A stretch of 47,032 nucleotides of DNA from a virus, in IMG/VR virus record IMGVR_UViG_3300020121_000217, positions 1 through 47,032 of that record; one strand, written 5' to 3'. The position numbers and the translations under genes are program-made. Under the pieces are notes generated by a model. It saw only the letters and a program-made list of their open reading frames with translations, was not told where the DNA came from and did no database searches. This document shows, piece by piece, positions 1 to 7,942 of the stretch. Numbering within the stretch: position 1 is the first letter of the stretch; the number at the start of each line of letters is the position of its first letter.

Positions 1-127
1 AGGCCGTCGAGGGCCGCGCACGACGACAGGTACAACACCCGGCGCTGACCGGTCCGGATCGCCCAGTCGTACATCGCCGCGTCGAGCATCGCGTTGTACG
101 GGTGCATACCCGGGTCGCCGTCGATCG
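1..127. repeat. Contig-end overlap: 1-127 identical to 46906-47032 (circular closure; unique length 46,905 bp)
   Basis: Both ends compared base by base; the epimerase ORF is complete only when the ends are joined. Confidence 0.95.
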
Positions 128-335
128 CCGTACGGTGCGGCGATCGCGCAGCCGCGTGCACGACCAGGTCATAGGACCAGGCATCTGCCCGGAACATCTC
201 AAGTGCGTCGATACTGGCGCACGCCGGTCCGGGCACGATGTCGCATTCGACCACGCCCCAGCCGCGGGTCGACAGTTCGCGGACCATGTGCCGGCCGACG
301 AACCCGGCCGACCCTGTCACCAGCGCCGTGCTCAC
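1..335 (-). CDS. NAD-dependent epimerase/dehydratase (extended SDR), N-terminal part; same gene as 46389-47032 across the junction (283 aa when the overlap is counted once)
   Basis: GTG at 335 overlaps the stop of the upstream methyltransferase (GTGA). My translation VSTALVTGSAGFVGRHMVREL carries the Rossmann motif TGxxGxxG. The frame runs into MHPYNAMLDAAMYDW of ORF 46389-47012. Confidence 0.8.
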   Translation of the reverse strand, partial: MSTALVTGSAGFVGRHMVRELSTRGWGVVECDIVPGPACASIDALEMFRADAWSYDLVVHAAARSPHRTAIDGDPGMHPYNAMLDAAMYDWAIRTGQRRVLYLSSCAALDG

Positions 336-886
336 AGGCATCCCCAGATCCCGAATGCATAATCCGAGCCGCCGGGGCGCATGTCGAGTTCGGCGTACAT
401 CGCCGCCTTGAAACCGGCGGCGGCGAGCATCTCCTCCACGTCGGCACGTGACCAGGCCCAGTAGTGCTCCGGATTCGTGTCGGCCCACGCATCTACCGGC
501 GTCGACAGCACCATTCGCCGCGTTCGGGCCCGGATCAGGCGCAGCACCAGGCCGGGATCGTCGAGGTGCTCCAGCGTTTCCGTGCACACGTACACGTCCA
601 CCGGATCCAGCGTCTGCAGGGTGCTCTCCAGCGGGCCCGTCACCTCGTAGCCGGGTGCCAGGTCACCGAAAACCTTCCGGGTGACATCCAGGCCCGACAG
701 GATCAGGCCGTCGCCGCACGACAGATCGGCAGCCGAACGCGCCCCCACGGTGCATACGCGGGCTACTACGGCGGTCACCGCGATACGCGGGCCGTGATCC
801 GGGTGATGGCCGCTGTCGTGCGGCCGCGGATACACACGGCCGAGCTCGTCGGCGCCGTAGGCCGGACGCAGCCGCTGCCGCGTCAT
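332..886 (-). CDS. Class I SAM-dependent methyltransferase (184 aa)
   Basis: C-terminal part of ORF 332-1462. ATG at 886 overlaps the upstream stop (ATGA). Motif I is DLSCGDG and CTETLEHLDDP is typical of Methyltransf_11/23-like folds. Confidence 0.85.
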   Translation of the reverse strand: MTRQRLRPAYGADELGRVYPRPHDSGHHPDHGPRIAVTAVVARVCTVGARSAADLSCGDGLILSGLDVTRKVFGDLAPGYEVTGPLESTLQTLDPVDVYVCTETLEHLDDPGLVLRLIRARTRRMVLSTPVDAWADTNPEHYWAWSRADVEEMLAAAGFKAAMYAELDMRPGGSDYAFGIWGCL

Positions 887-2304
887 GATGCCCGCACCGC
901 GGCGATTATCTGGAACGGCCCGCAGTACTGCTGGCGGATCACGGTCAGGCCGGCCTGCTCGACCAGGGCGCGGTAGCCGTCGGTGTCCCAGGCGAAGGTG
1001 TGGAACTCGTAGGCGCTGCCGGGGCGTTCCTGCCACGGCGACGAGCACACCAGCACCCGGGCGTTGCGGGCGATGTGGCGGACGAAGGCGTGCGGGTCGA
1101 CGAGGTGCTCGAGCATCTCGGTGCAGACCGCGATCTCGCCCCACTCGATATCGCCGTCGACGACGTCGCCGTAGCGGACGTCGACACCACGCTGCTTCGC
1201 GACCTGCAGGTTGGTCGGCTGCAGGTCGTAGCCCCAGGCCGTTATCGCCGGGCCGAGTAGCGACAGCAAGCCGCCATCGCCGGCGCCGAGGTCCACGAGC
1301 GTCGACAAGCCCCGCGAGAACGCAGTCTTCGCGACCAGCGAGGCGGTCGCCATCAGCCGTTCCCGGTGGCCTTGCTGCTCCAGGTGCGGGGCGTGGTCCC
1401 GGCCCGCGTACCAGTCCGGGCGGGTGTATTCGGGGACCGTGCCCGCCTCGAATAGCTGCCACTCGTGCGGCATCGCCGCGGCCGCTGCGGCCTCGGCCTC
1501 GTCGGCGGCCGCCATCCTCACGCGCATGTCCGCCAGGAGCTGCTGGCCGGCTTCGGCAAGGTCCGGCAGTTCACCGATAGTGGGGCGTAGCGCGCCAACC
1601 CGTGCGACGTCGGCCGTGAACGCGTTACGCCGGTAGGCGTCGTAGGCCGCGGCGTCGGCCGTGTAGACGGCCTGGTCGTTGACCCGCTGGTGACCTTCGG
1701 TCCACTCGGCCTTGCCGGCGACCGGGTGCATGTGCTCGACCACCACGTCCGGTAGGTAGCGGACACAGCTCGCGGCCCGGCCGAGGTCGAGCCAGAAGTT
1801 GTCGACATACATGTGACGCAGCCCGGTCGGTGCCATGAACCCGAGCGTCCGGATGATGTCGGCGGTCATCGCGCACTGCGTCGGGAGCCGCTCGCCCTGC
1901 AGGAGGTCGTCGCCGTAGACGATGCCGGTCCCCAGCTCGCGTAGCGCGGCGACGTACGCGGCGTCCCAGCCGACCGTACGGGGCCGGTGATCGTCGCCGA
2001 GGAATCCGACCGCGAATGGTGGGTTGGCGTTCTGCGGCTTGACGAGCCACTGCGCCGCGCCGTTGAGCGCGATAACCATGGTGCCCCGTGTGGTGCCGTC
2101 GCCACACGTGAGCCATCCGACCGTCTGTCCGCGATCCTGAGCGGCCTTTATGACCGTCTCGTAGGCGGAGTGATCCGGATCGTCGGCGTCGACCGCGAAC
2201 ACCAGAACGGTGTCAGCGGTACATGTCGCGGCGAACGTCTCGGCAAGGTCGGCGGCAGCGTCTGGCCGACCCCGTGATGGGACAATGACGGCGAGATCAG
2301 GCAT
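883..2304 (-). CDS. Fusion protein: N-terminal GT-A-type glycosyltransferase + C-terminal class I SAM methyltransferase (473 aa)
   Basis: ORF 883-2355; the likely start is ATG 2304 (MPDLAVIVPSRGRP), 8 nt overlapping the upstream stop. Motifs: VIVPSRGRP and VDADD (DxD), then LVDLGAGDGG and CTEMLEHLVDP. Confidence 0.8.
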   Translation of the reverse strand: MPDLAVIVPSRGRPDAAADLAETFAATCTADTVLVFAVDADDPDHSAYETVIKAAQDRGQTVGWLTCGDGTTRGTMVIALNGAAQWLVKPQNANPPFAVGFLGDDHRPRTVGWDAAYVAALRELGTGIVYGDDLLQGERLPTQCAMTADIIRTLGFMAPTGLRHMYVDNFWLDLGRAASCVRYLPDVVVEHMHPVAGKAEWTEGHQRVNDQAVYTADAAAYDAYRRNAFTADVARVGALRPTIGELPDLAEAGQQLLADMRVRMAAADEAEAAAAAAMPHEWQLFEAGTVPEYTRPDWYAGRDHAPHLEQQGHRERLMATASLVAKTAFSRGLSTLVDLGAGDGGLLSLLGPAITAWGYDLQPTNLQVAKQRGVDVRYGDVVDGDIEWGEIAVCTEMLEHLVDPHAFVRHIARNARVLVCSSPWQERPGSAYEFHTFAWDTDGYRALVEQAGLTVIRQQYCGPFQIIAAVRAS

Positions 2305-2551
2305 CGGTCGACCTCCGGGGCGGCGGCGTCCAGCCGAGCGCGACCAGAACGACATGCATGTCCTCGGTCACCACTACCTGCACGTCGCCCGATGTCGACA
2401 GTGAGCGCTGCAGCGGCATGTGCAACACCAGTGTGGGAATGCTGCGCACGTCCGCGTGCAGGTCGAGACCCGAGACGCCCTTGCTCACGTCCTGGCCGTC
2501 GAGGACGACCCGTGTTTTTGCGGCAGCGCCGATGACCAGATCGACGTTCAT
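2297..2551 (-). CDS. Hypothetical protein (84 aa) within the sugar-modification cassette
   Basis: ORF-track ORF with natural composition and ATGA overlap with the upstream gene. Confidence 0.6.
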   Translation of the reverse strand: MNVDLVIGAAAKTRVVLDGQDVSKGVSGLDLHADVRSIPTLVLHMPLQRSLSTSGDVQVVVTEDMHVVLVALGWTPPPRRSTDA

Positions 2552-2805
2552 GAGGGCTCACCAGCCTGCGCGGCAGTTGCCTTGGTTGGCCGCCCACGGC
2601 GTGCTGGCGCTACGGCTTCCGGCGTCTCAGGCTGGACCGGCTCGGATGTGACCGGATCCGGTACGACCGGGGCCGGCTCGTCGAGGGTCACGTCGAACAT
2701 CGGCGCGAACGCCTCGACGATCGGGTCGGCGGCGTCGAGTTCGGTGCCGCCGATGATCGTGCCGCCGCCGTGGTGGAACGTCTCCCGTGCCCGCGCGGTG
2801 CTCAT
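2548..2805 (-). CDS. Hypothetical protein (85 aa) with Pro/Glu/Thr/Val-rich tail and an RRGRPTK (AT-hook-like) motif
   Basis: C-terminal part of ORF 2548-3330. ATG at 2805 (MSTARARETF) overlaps the glycosyltransferase stop (ATGA). Confidence 0.6.
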   Translation of the reverse strand: MSTARARETFHHGGGTIIGGTELDAADPIVEAFAPMFDVTLDEPAPVVPDPVTSEPVQPETPEAVAPARRGRPTKATAAQAGEPS

Positions 2806-3554
2806 ATCTGTGCTCCTACATGCGTCGGGGACAGGAGTCCGTTCGCCACGAAGTAGCTCTCCAGCGTCAAGGTGCGCTGCTTCACGTGGCCCAAATTGAT
2901 GGATGTGTTGACGTACACGGGGATCTCGCACATGCCGGCGCGCCAGCAGAACGTGATGTCCTCGCTGACCGGCCGTCCGTCGGTCTCGGTCTCCTGGAAC
3001 CACGGGTAGGCCTGGTTGAAGCCGGTACGGTCCGGGGTCTTCGGTGACTGGTAGTCGCGGATCCGCTCGAACGCGGACCGGTGGACCAGCAGGCATGCGG
3101 CTCCGGTCGCGGCGACCTGGAACATGGCGTCCGGCTCCCACGTGTGGAACCGGACGACCTGCGTCTTGCCGTCGACGTCGTCGACGCCGTAGAGGGTCGG
3201 CTGGACGTCGCCGTCGGCGTCGAAGCCGAAGCACAGGCCGCCGACGATCGGCGCCTTGTCCGGATCCGCGTACTCGAGGAGCTTCTCGACGATGTCGGCC
3301 CGGAACGTCATGTCCGCGTCGACCATCCACAGCCAGTCGGCGGCGCCGTACTCGAGGAACCGCTCGACGAGGCCGTTGCGGGGGCCGGCGAGGTTGGTGC
3401 CGGCCTTCGCGGCCATGAAGCCGCCGCCATCGACGATCCGCTGGTGCGTCGCCGTGTCGAACATCAGCAGATGGATCATCGACTCCATGAACTCGCCCTG
3501 GACCAGGCCGGGATACAGGTAGCCGACGACCACTTTTTCGGATGGGTCACGCAT
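2802..3554 (-). CDS. GT-A/GT2-like glycosyltransferase (250 aa)
   Basis: ORF 2802-3554 with DxD in WLWMVDADMTF. GGAGG-containing RBS (CCTGGAGGAGTGAGCA) lies upstream of the ATG. Confidence 0.8.
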   Translation of the reverse strand: MRDPSEKVVVGYLYPGLVQGEFMESMIHLLMFDTATHQRIVDGGGFMAAKAGTNLAGPRNGLVERFLEYGAADWLWMVDADMTFRADIVEKLLEYADPDKAPIVGGLCFGFDADGDVQPTLYGVDDVDGKTQVVRFHTWEPDAMFQVAATGAACLLVHRSAFERIRDYQSPKTPDRTGFNQAYPWFQETETDGRPVSEDITFCWRAGMCEIPVYVNTSINLGHVKQRTLTLESYFVANGLLSPTHVGAQI

Positions 3555-3575
3555 TGCTCACTCCTCCAGGTAGGC

Positions 3576-3630
3576 GGAAGCCCCCGATACCTGGATCGGG
3601 GGCTTCCTTCCCGCCAGAGCTACTGGCGGG
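3576..3630 (-). terminator. Two tandem GC-rich hairpins (13-bp stem 3576-3607; 8-bp stem 3610-3630) with no U-tract; attenuator/terminator candidate
   Basis: GGAAGCCCCCGAT/ATCGGGGGCTTCC and CCCGCCAG/CTGGCGGG read directly from the sequence. Confidence 0.45.
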
Positions 3631-3643
3631 CGACGTAGGTGTT

Positions 3644-3841
3644 TCAGCTGCCGGACAGGCCCGGCGTCGGCTGGCGCGGCACGTCCAGGACGGCGTGGTC
3701 GGGTGCGTCCATCGACGCGTCAACGGCCGCCTGGGCCGCGGCGACGACGTCGGGCGACAGCTTCGTCAGGGACACCGGGGCGTCGCCCGGCGGCGGGTTG
3801 ATCGCACCGGACTGGATCTGGTGCGGGCTGTAGGGCTGCAT
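3644..3841 (-). CDS. Hypothetical small protein (65 aa) downstream of the capsid gene
   Basis: ORF-track ORF with a strong RBS (GAGGAGGAAAC-ATG). Confidence 0.6.
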   Translation of the reverse strand: MQPYSPHQIQSGAINPPPGDAPVSLTKLSPDVVAAAQAAVDASMDAPDHAVLDVPRQPTPGLSGS

Positions 3842-3853
3842 GTTTCCTCCTCT

Positions 3854-3904
3854 GCCCCGCGTCGGGGCGGTGATCCCGGCCGCGGACGGCTGTCCGCGGC
3901 CGGG
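3854..3904 (-). terminator. Two hairpins immediately after the major capsid stop (5-bp stem 3854-3868; 13-bp stem 3875-3904)
   Basis: CCCGGCCGCGGAC-GGCT-GTCCGCGGCCGGG is a perfect 13-bp stem with no U-tract. Confidence 0.5.
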
Positions 3905-3911
3905 CCGGGGG

Positions 3912-5396
3912 TCAGGCCAGCGCTGTTGCGGCGGCGACCTGGTTGAGCTGCAGGAGCCGGAACGCGTCGGCGTTCACGACGTCGGCGCCGGTGCGCCAGA
4001 AGCTGTACCAGCCGGACTGGCCGGTGGGCCGGTTGTTGCCGGTGGAGCGGATGATCGGGTCGTAGACCACGCTCATGCCGATCCGGTCGACGATGTAGTA
4101 CTCGGCGAAGTCGCCGACGAGGAGGATGTTCGCGCCGGTCGAGATGACCGCCGTCATCGTGGAGTTCCGGTACGCCGGGGCGCCGATGAGTTCCGGTGGT
4201 TGGCCGGCGCCGATGTTCGCCCAGAAGCTCGAACCGCCGGAGGTGTCGAACTGGCGGATTTTCGAGAAGATCTTCTTGTTCCCCATCCAGGTCAGGTTGT
4301 TTTCCTGGCGCGGGTTGACGGCGTCGATGGTGTTGTAGACGTCACCGACGACGAACGCGTTCGTGGTCGCGGACGTCACGATCGACGCGGTGACCGCGGC
4401 GACCGCGGCAACGACACCGCGGGGCTTCGTCGCACCGGTGTTCGCGGTCGCGAACGCCGCCTCCTCGAGGCGGACCTTCGCGTCCGCGAGGAGCCGGCCG
4501 AGTTCGGCTGCGAAGCCGCTGTCCTGGAACACCTCGTAGGAGCCGAACACCCAGGCGTCGGCCTTCTGCGGTGTGATCGTCGGCTGGACGTACGTCGGGG
4601 TCGCGTCGGCGGCCTCCGTGCCCTCACCGGTCCATTCGGCCGAGACACCGGCCGAGGTGACGCCCTCCCACTCCTTCGTCGCGATCGTCTTCGTCGTCGC
4701 GACGGAGCGGATCGGCCCGGAGATACCGGCGTTCGTGAGGATGATCGTCGGGTCCAGGAAGAACGGGACGAGGACGCCGCCGTTGCCGGCGGTCAGCGAC
4801 ATCGCCGTACGGACCAGGTCGCCCATGTTGTTGCCGGCCGACATGATGTACTGCCCGAACTGCTGGCGGTAGGCCTCGCTGCCGCACATCAGCATGTGCC
4901 GGGCGATCAGCGGCGCGTGCTGATTGTCGAGCTCCAGCAGCCGCGTGATCCGCTCACCGGCGGCATCGGCCTGCGCCGTGGAGTTGAAGGCGCCCTTCGG
5001 CATCTGCTCGACGGCGGCCTTCGCCCGGGCGATGACCGGGTCCGCGTCGAAGTTGACGCGCTCCGGCCCCTGGTAGGCGCTGCGGCGCAGCTCCTCGTAG
5101 GTCTGCTCGTCGTACGGGTCGGTTTTCTTCATGAACTCGGCGCTGCGTCGCACCGGTGCGACGCCTTCCTCCCGGTTACCCGGGTTGAGGGCCGCGCGGA
5201 GGACCTCGTCGACGGCGGCCTCACGCTCGCGGTGCCGCTTGAGTTCCTCGTCCTTGATCTTCCATTCGCCGAGCAGCGCGTCGGCGCGCGTCAGCTCGTC
5301 CTCGGTGGCCTCCTCGCCCTTCTCCGTGATCACGGTGATCTCGGCGCGGAGGACTTCCATCTCCTCGGAGATGACCTCGCTTTGCTTACGTGCCAT
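3912..5396 (-). CDS. Major capsid protein, HK97 family, with N-terminal coiled-coil (delta-like) region (494 aa)
   Basis: Sits after the protease. N-terminal charged heptads (EEMEVLRAEI...). GGVLVPFFLDPTIILT and ILLVGDFAEYYIVDRIGMSVVY are typical of HK97-fold capsid proteins. Confidence 0.9.
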   Translation of the reverse strand: MARKQSEVISEEMEVLRAEITVITEKGEEATEDELTRADALLGEWKIKDEELKRHREREAAVDEVLRAALNPGNREEGVAPVRRSAEFMKKTDPYDEQTYEELRRSAYQGPERVNFDADPVIARAKAAVEQMPKGAFNSTAQADAAGERITRLLELDNQHAPLIARHMLMCGSEAYRQQFGQYIMSAGNNMGDLVRTAMSLTAGNGGVLVPFFLDPTIILTNAGISGPIRSVATTKTIATKEWEGVTSAGVSAEWTGEGTEAADATPTYVQPTITPQKADAWVFGSYEVFQDSGFAAELGRLLADAKVRLEEAAFATANTGATKPRGVVAAVAAVTASIVTSATTNAFVVGDVYNTIDAVNPRQENNLTWMGNKKIFSKIRQFDTSGGSSFWANIGAGQPPELIGAPAYRNSTMTAVISTGANILLVGDFAEYYIVDRIGMSVVYDPIIRSTGNNRPTGQSGWYSFWRTGADVVNADAFRLLQLNQVAAATALA

Positions 5397-6524
5397 TCAG
5401 GACACTCCGTTGAATGCGAGCTCCGCGCGGATGCGGAGCAGCTTCTGCCGAGCGGAGTGCGCGTTTTCTTCGTCGCGCGGGTCCTCGGCGCCGGGTCCAC
5501 GGTGTGGAGTGGCGAGGATCGCCGCTGTCTCCGGGTCCCAGCCGGGAGTGGTGGACAGCGTGCGGATCAGTTCTTCGCGCTGCTCTGCGTCCAGGGCAGC
5601 GAAGTCGTGGGCGATCTCGTCGATCGAGCGGACGGCGGTGATCGCCGCATCCGGGTAGTAGGGCGTCATCGTCGGCCCGTAGTTCCGCAGCCCCAGCTCG
5701 AGGCGGCGTACCTTCGGCAGTGTCGTGCCCGGGCGGGCCCGGCCGGGGGCGCGCTGCGGGTCGGACCGGTAGATCGGGCCCTCGAAACTCTGCGCCGTGT
5801 AGTCCTGGTTGCGGATCCCGGCGAGGACCTGCTCGGCGAGCGGGCTGTCGTTGTACCGGGACACGGTCAGCAGGCCGCGGCTGTCGGCCTTGATGTCGAC
5901 GGGGTGGCCGAGTGGTGTCTGCTGCAGGCCGCCGGTCTTGCCCTGCGGGTCGTAGCCGTGGTTGAGCAGGACCTGGGCGCGGCGTGCGGCACCGCCGTTG
6001 ATCGTGCGGGCGAACGCGGCCGGGTCGACGGTCTCGATGTAGTCGCCGTGCGCGTCGTGGATCTCGGCTGGCGCGTTGAACACCGCGGCGTAGGCCTCGA
6101 CGGTGCGCCCGTCGCCGCCCTTGGCCCGGGACAGGATCTCGATGCCGTCGAGGACGAACACCCGCTGGTAGGTCTGCGGAGCGGACTGGCGCGCCCGGGC
6201 GGTGCCGGCGAGGGCCAGCAGCGACGCCGGCGGCTTGTCGCCGATCTCGCCGTACAGGCCCACGAGCGCCTTTGCCGCCGCCTCGCGCTGCGGTGCGGTG
6301 AGCCCGTCGACGGCGGCGATGCCGTGCGCCCCCGCCGCGGCGTGGACCGCGTTGCTGTTGAGCGTCCCGTCGGGTTCCCGGACGGGCACCTTGTGCAGGT
6401 CCTTGACGTCCGGGTCCTGGCCGGCGGCAGGCTCCATATTGATCAGGCACGCGGAGTGCCACTGCTGGGCCGTGTAGTCGGCCTGCGAAAAATCGGACCA
6501 CGGCTTGTCGGAGACGGATGCCAT
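5397..6524 (-). CDS. Prohead (HK97-type, S78-like) maturation protease with ~120-aa N-terminal extension (375 aa)
   Basis: Lies between portal and capsid. Core: VFVLDGIEILSRAKGGDGRTVEAYAAVFN...HGDYIETVDPAAF...VLLNHG. Confidence 0.8.
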   Translation of the reverse strand: MASVSDKPWSDFSQADYTAQQWHSACLINMEPAAGQDPDVKDLHKVPVREPDGTLNSNAVHAAAGAHGIAAVDGLTAPQREAAAKALVGLYGEIGDKPPASLLALAGTARARQSAPQTYQRVFVLDGIEILSRAKGGDGRTVEAYAAVFNAPAEIHDAHGDYIETVDPAAFARTINGGAARRAQVLLNHGYDPQGKTGGLQQTPLGHPVDIKADSRGLLTVSRYNDSPLAEQVLAGIRNQDYTAQSFEGPIYRSDPQRAPGRARPGTTLPKVRRLELGLRNYGPTMTPYYPDAAITAVRSIDEIAHDFAALDAEQREELIRTLSTTPGWDPETAAILATPHRGPGAEDPRDEENAHSARQKLLRIRAELAFNGVS

Positions 6525-6533
6525 GTCTACTCC

Positions 6534-7925
6534 TCATACCGTCGCGAGTTGCGGAATCGTGCCGTTCGTGCCGAGCGCGGCCGGTGGCGGCCCGGTGACG
6601 ACCGGGACGGCCGGCTGCAGCTTGTCCTCGAGCTTCTGCATCTGCACCGACACCAGACCGGAGTGCACGAGCAGGGTCAGGTCGTTCGCGGTGACGGCGG
6701 TGATGATCGAGTCCGGCGTGTAACCGGCCATGATCAGCTTGTTGATCGTTTCGGCCTGCGCGGCCAGGGTGGCGGCCTTGTCCTGCTCGCCCTGCTGCAG
6801 CGCGGAGACGTCGGTCGTGTCGTACCAGAGCTGCGATCCCGGCGGCACGGCGACGAGTTTCGCCAGCGCCGCGCAGGCGCTGCGCCAGTTCGGGCGCATC
6901 TTCAGATCGGCGAACGACCGCAGCGCCTGGGCGTACTCGCCGATCTGGGAGGCCTGCAGGCCCTCGCGGAGCCCGGCGACGATCGCCGGTACGCCGGCCG
7001 CGACCGCGATCCGGGTCTCGCCGGCGGCCTGCAGCTTGTCGAACGCGGAGCCTTCCATGTCGCGGCCGACGACGGTCAGGTCGGCGCCCTCGTCCAGGAC
7101 GAGCGTGCCGAACGCGCCGTCCGGGCCGGTATGTTTGGCCCGGAGCATCGTCTTGAGCCGCTCGATGCGCTCCGGCGCGATCTTCTGGCTGTACTTGATC
7201 ACGAGGTTCGGCGTCGCGGCGTTTCGAAAGAACGCTTCCCTATACTCTGACATGCGGATATCGGCCGACAGCTCCCGTACGACGGGGGTCAGCCAACTCA
7301 TGCCGCGGAAGTTGGCGAGCGGATCCGGGCACGGTGCCCAGTGCGCAACCTCGTCGACGGGATAGAACTCGGCTTCGCGCTGCATGTCGCCGACCGGGTC
7401 GTACCAGAAGCCGATCACCCGGCGGACCTGCGAACCCAGCGCATCGGTCATGATCTTCGACACGATCGTGACCCAGTCCGGGCGCAGCCGCTCCAGCTGG
7501 TCGCCGCAGTCGCGGACGTAGGCGTTACCGGCCAGGCTAGCGTCCTGCTCCATGCGTGCGAGCAGGTCACCGGTCGTCGCGTCCGGCCACGGCACCTCGA
7601 GTTTGCGCAGGCTCGTGTCGCCGAACATTCTCTTGTCCGACAGGCGCCGGTATTTGAACGTCGCCTCGGTGAACACCGACATGCGCCGGTCGATGAGCCC
7701 GAACACGACCGCGTTGCCGCCGGTCCCGGACACCCCGAAGGACGAGGACGTGTAGCCGGAGCTGCCGTAGGCGTTCGCGGCCAGGAGCTCGAAGTCATAC
7801 AGCGGTGTTTCGGCGTCCGGTGGCCCGTACAGCGACACGAACCGCACCGACTGGGAGCCGGGCGACCCGGCCCGGCGGACCTGGTGGTCAACGGCGAGGC
7901 GGTGCATACGTGCCAGGGACGTCAC
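6534..7925 (-). CDS. Portal protein, HK97 family (about 463 aa)
   Basis: C-terminal natural-composition part of ORF 6534-9323. GTG at 7925 follows a GAGAGG RBS; ATG at ~7907 is an alternative. Lies after TerL. Confidence 0.85.
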   Translation of the reverse strand: MTSLARMHRLAVDHQVRRAGSPGSQSVRFVSLYGPPDAETPLYDFELLAANAYGSSGYTSSSFGVSGTGGNAVVFGLIDRRMSVFTEATFKYRRLSDKRMFGDTSLRKLEVPWPDATTGDLLARMEQDASLAGNAYVRDCGDQLERLRPDWVTIVSKIMTDALGSQVRRVIGFWYDPVGDMQREAEFYPVDEVAHWAPCPDPLANFRGMSWLTPVVRELSADIRMSEYREAFFRNAATPNLVIKYSQKIAPERIERLKTMLRAKHTGPDGAFGTLVLDEGADLTVVGRDMEGSAFDKLQAAGETRIAVAAGVPAIVAGLREGLQASQIGEYAQALRSFADLKMRPNWRSACAALAKLVAVPPGSQLWYDTTDVSALQQGEQDKAATLAAQAETINKLIMAGYTPDSIITAVTANDLTLLVHSGLVSVQMQKLEDKLQPAVPVVTGPPPAALGTNGTIPQLATV

Positions 7926-7942
7926 GCGGTCCGCCTCTCTAC

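Noticed and set aside
1-127. The terminal repeat as a biological direct terminal repeat of the virion DNA
   Set aside because: A length of exactly 127 bp matches a common assembler k-mer overlap, and the repeat falls in the middle of an enzyme gene. Without reads this cannot be fully excluded.
3840-7250. 1136-aa plus-strand ORF, together with other very long ORFs: 40059-42818 (-), 37417-39135 (+), 16352-17683 (-) and the N-terminal halves of 6534-9323 and 7943-9883
   Set aside because: They are extremely Arg/Gly/Pro/Asp-rich and run antisense or out of frame to genes with clear phage homology patterns. These are typical stop-poor alternative frames in high-GC DNA.
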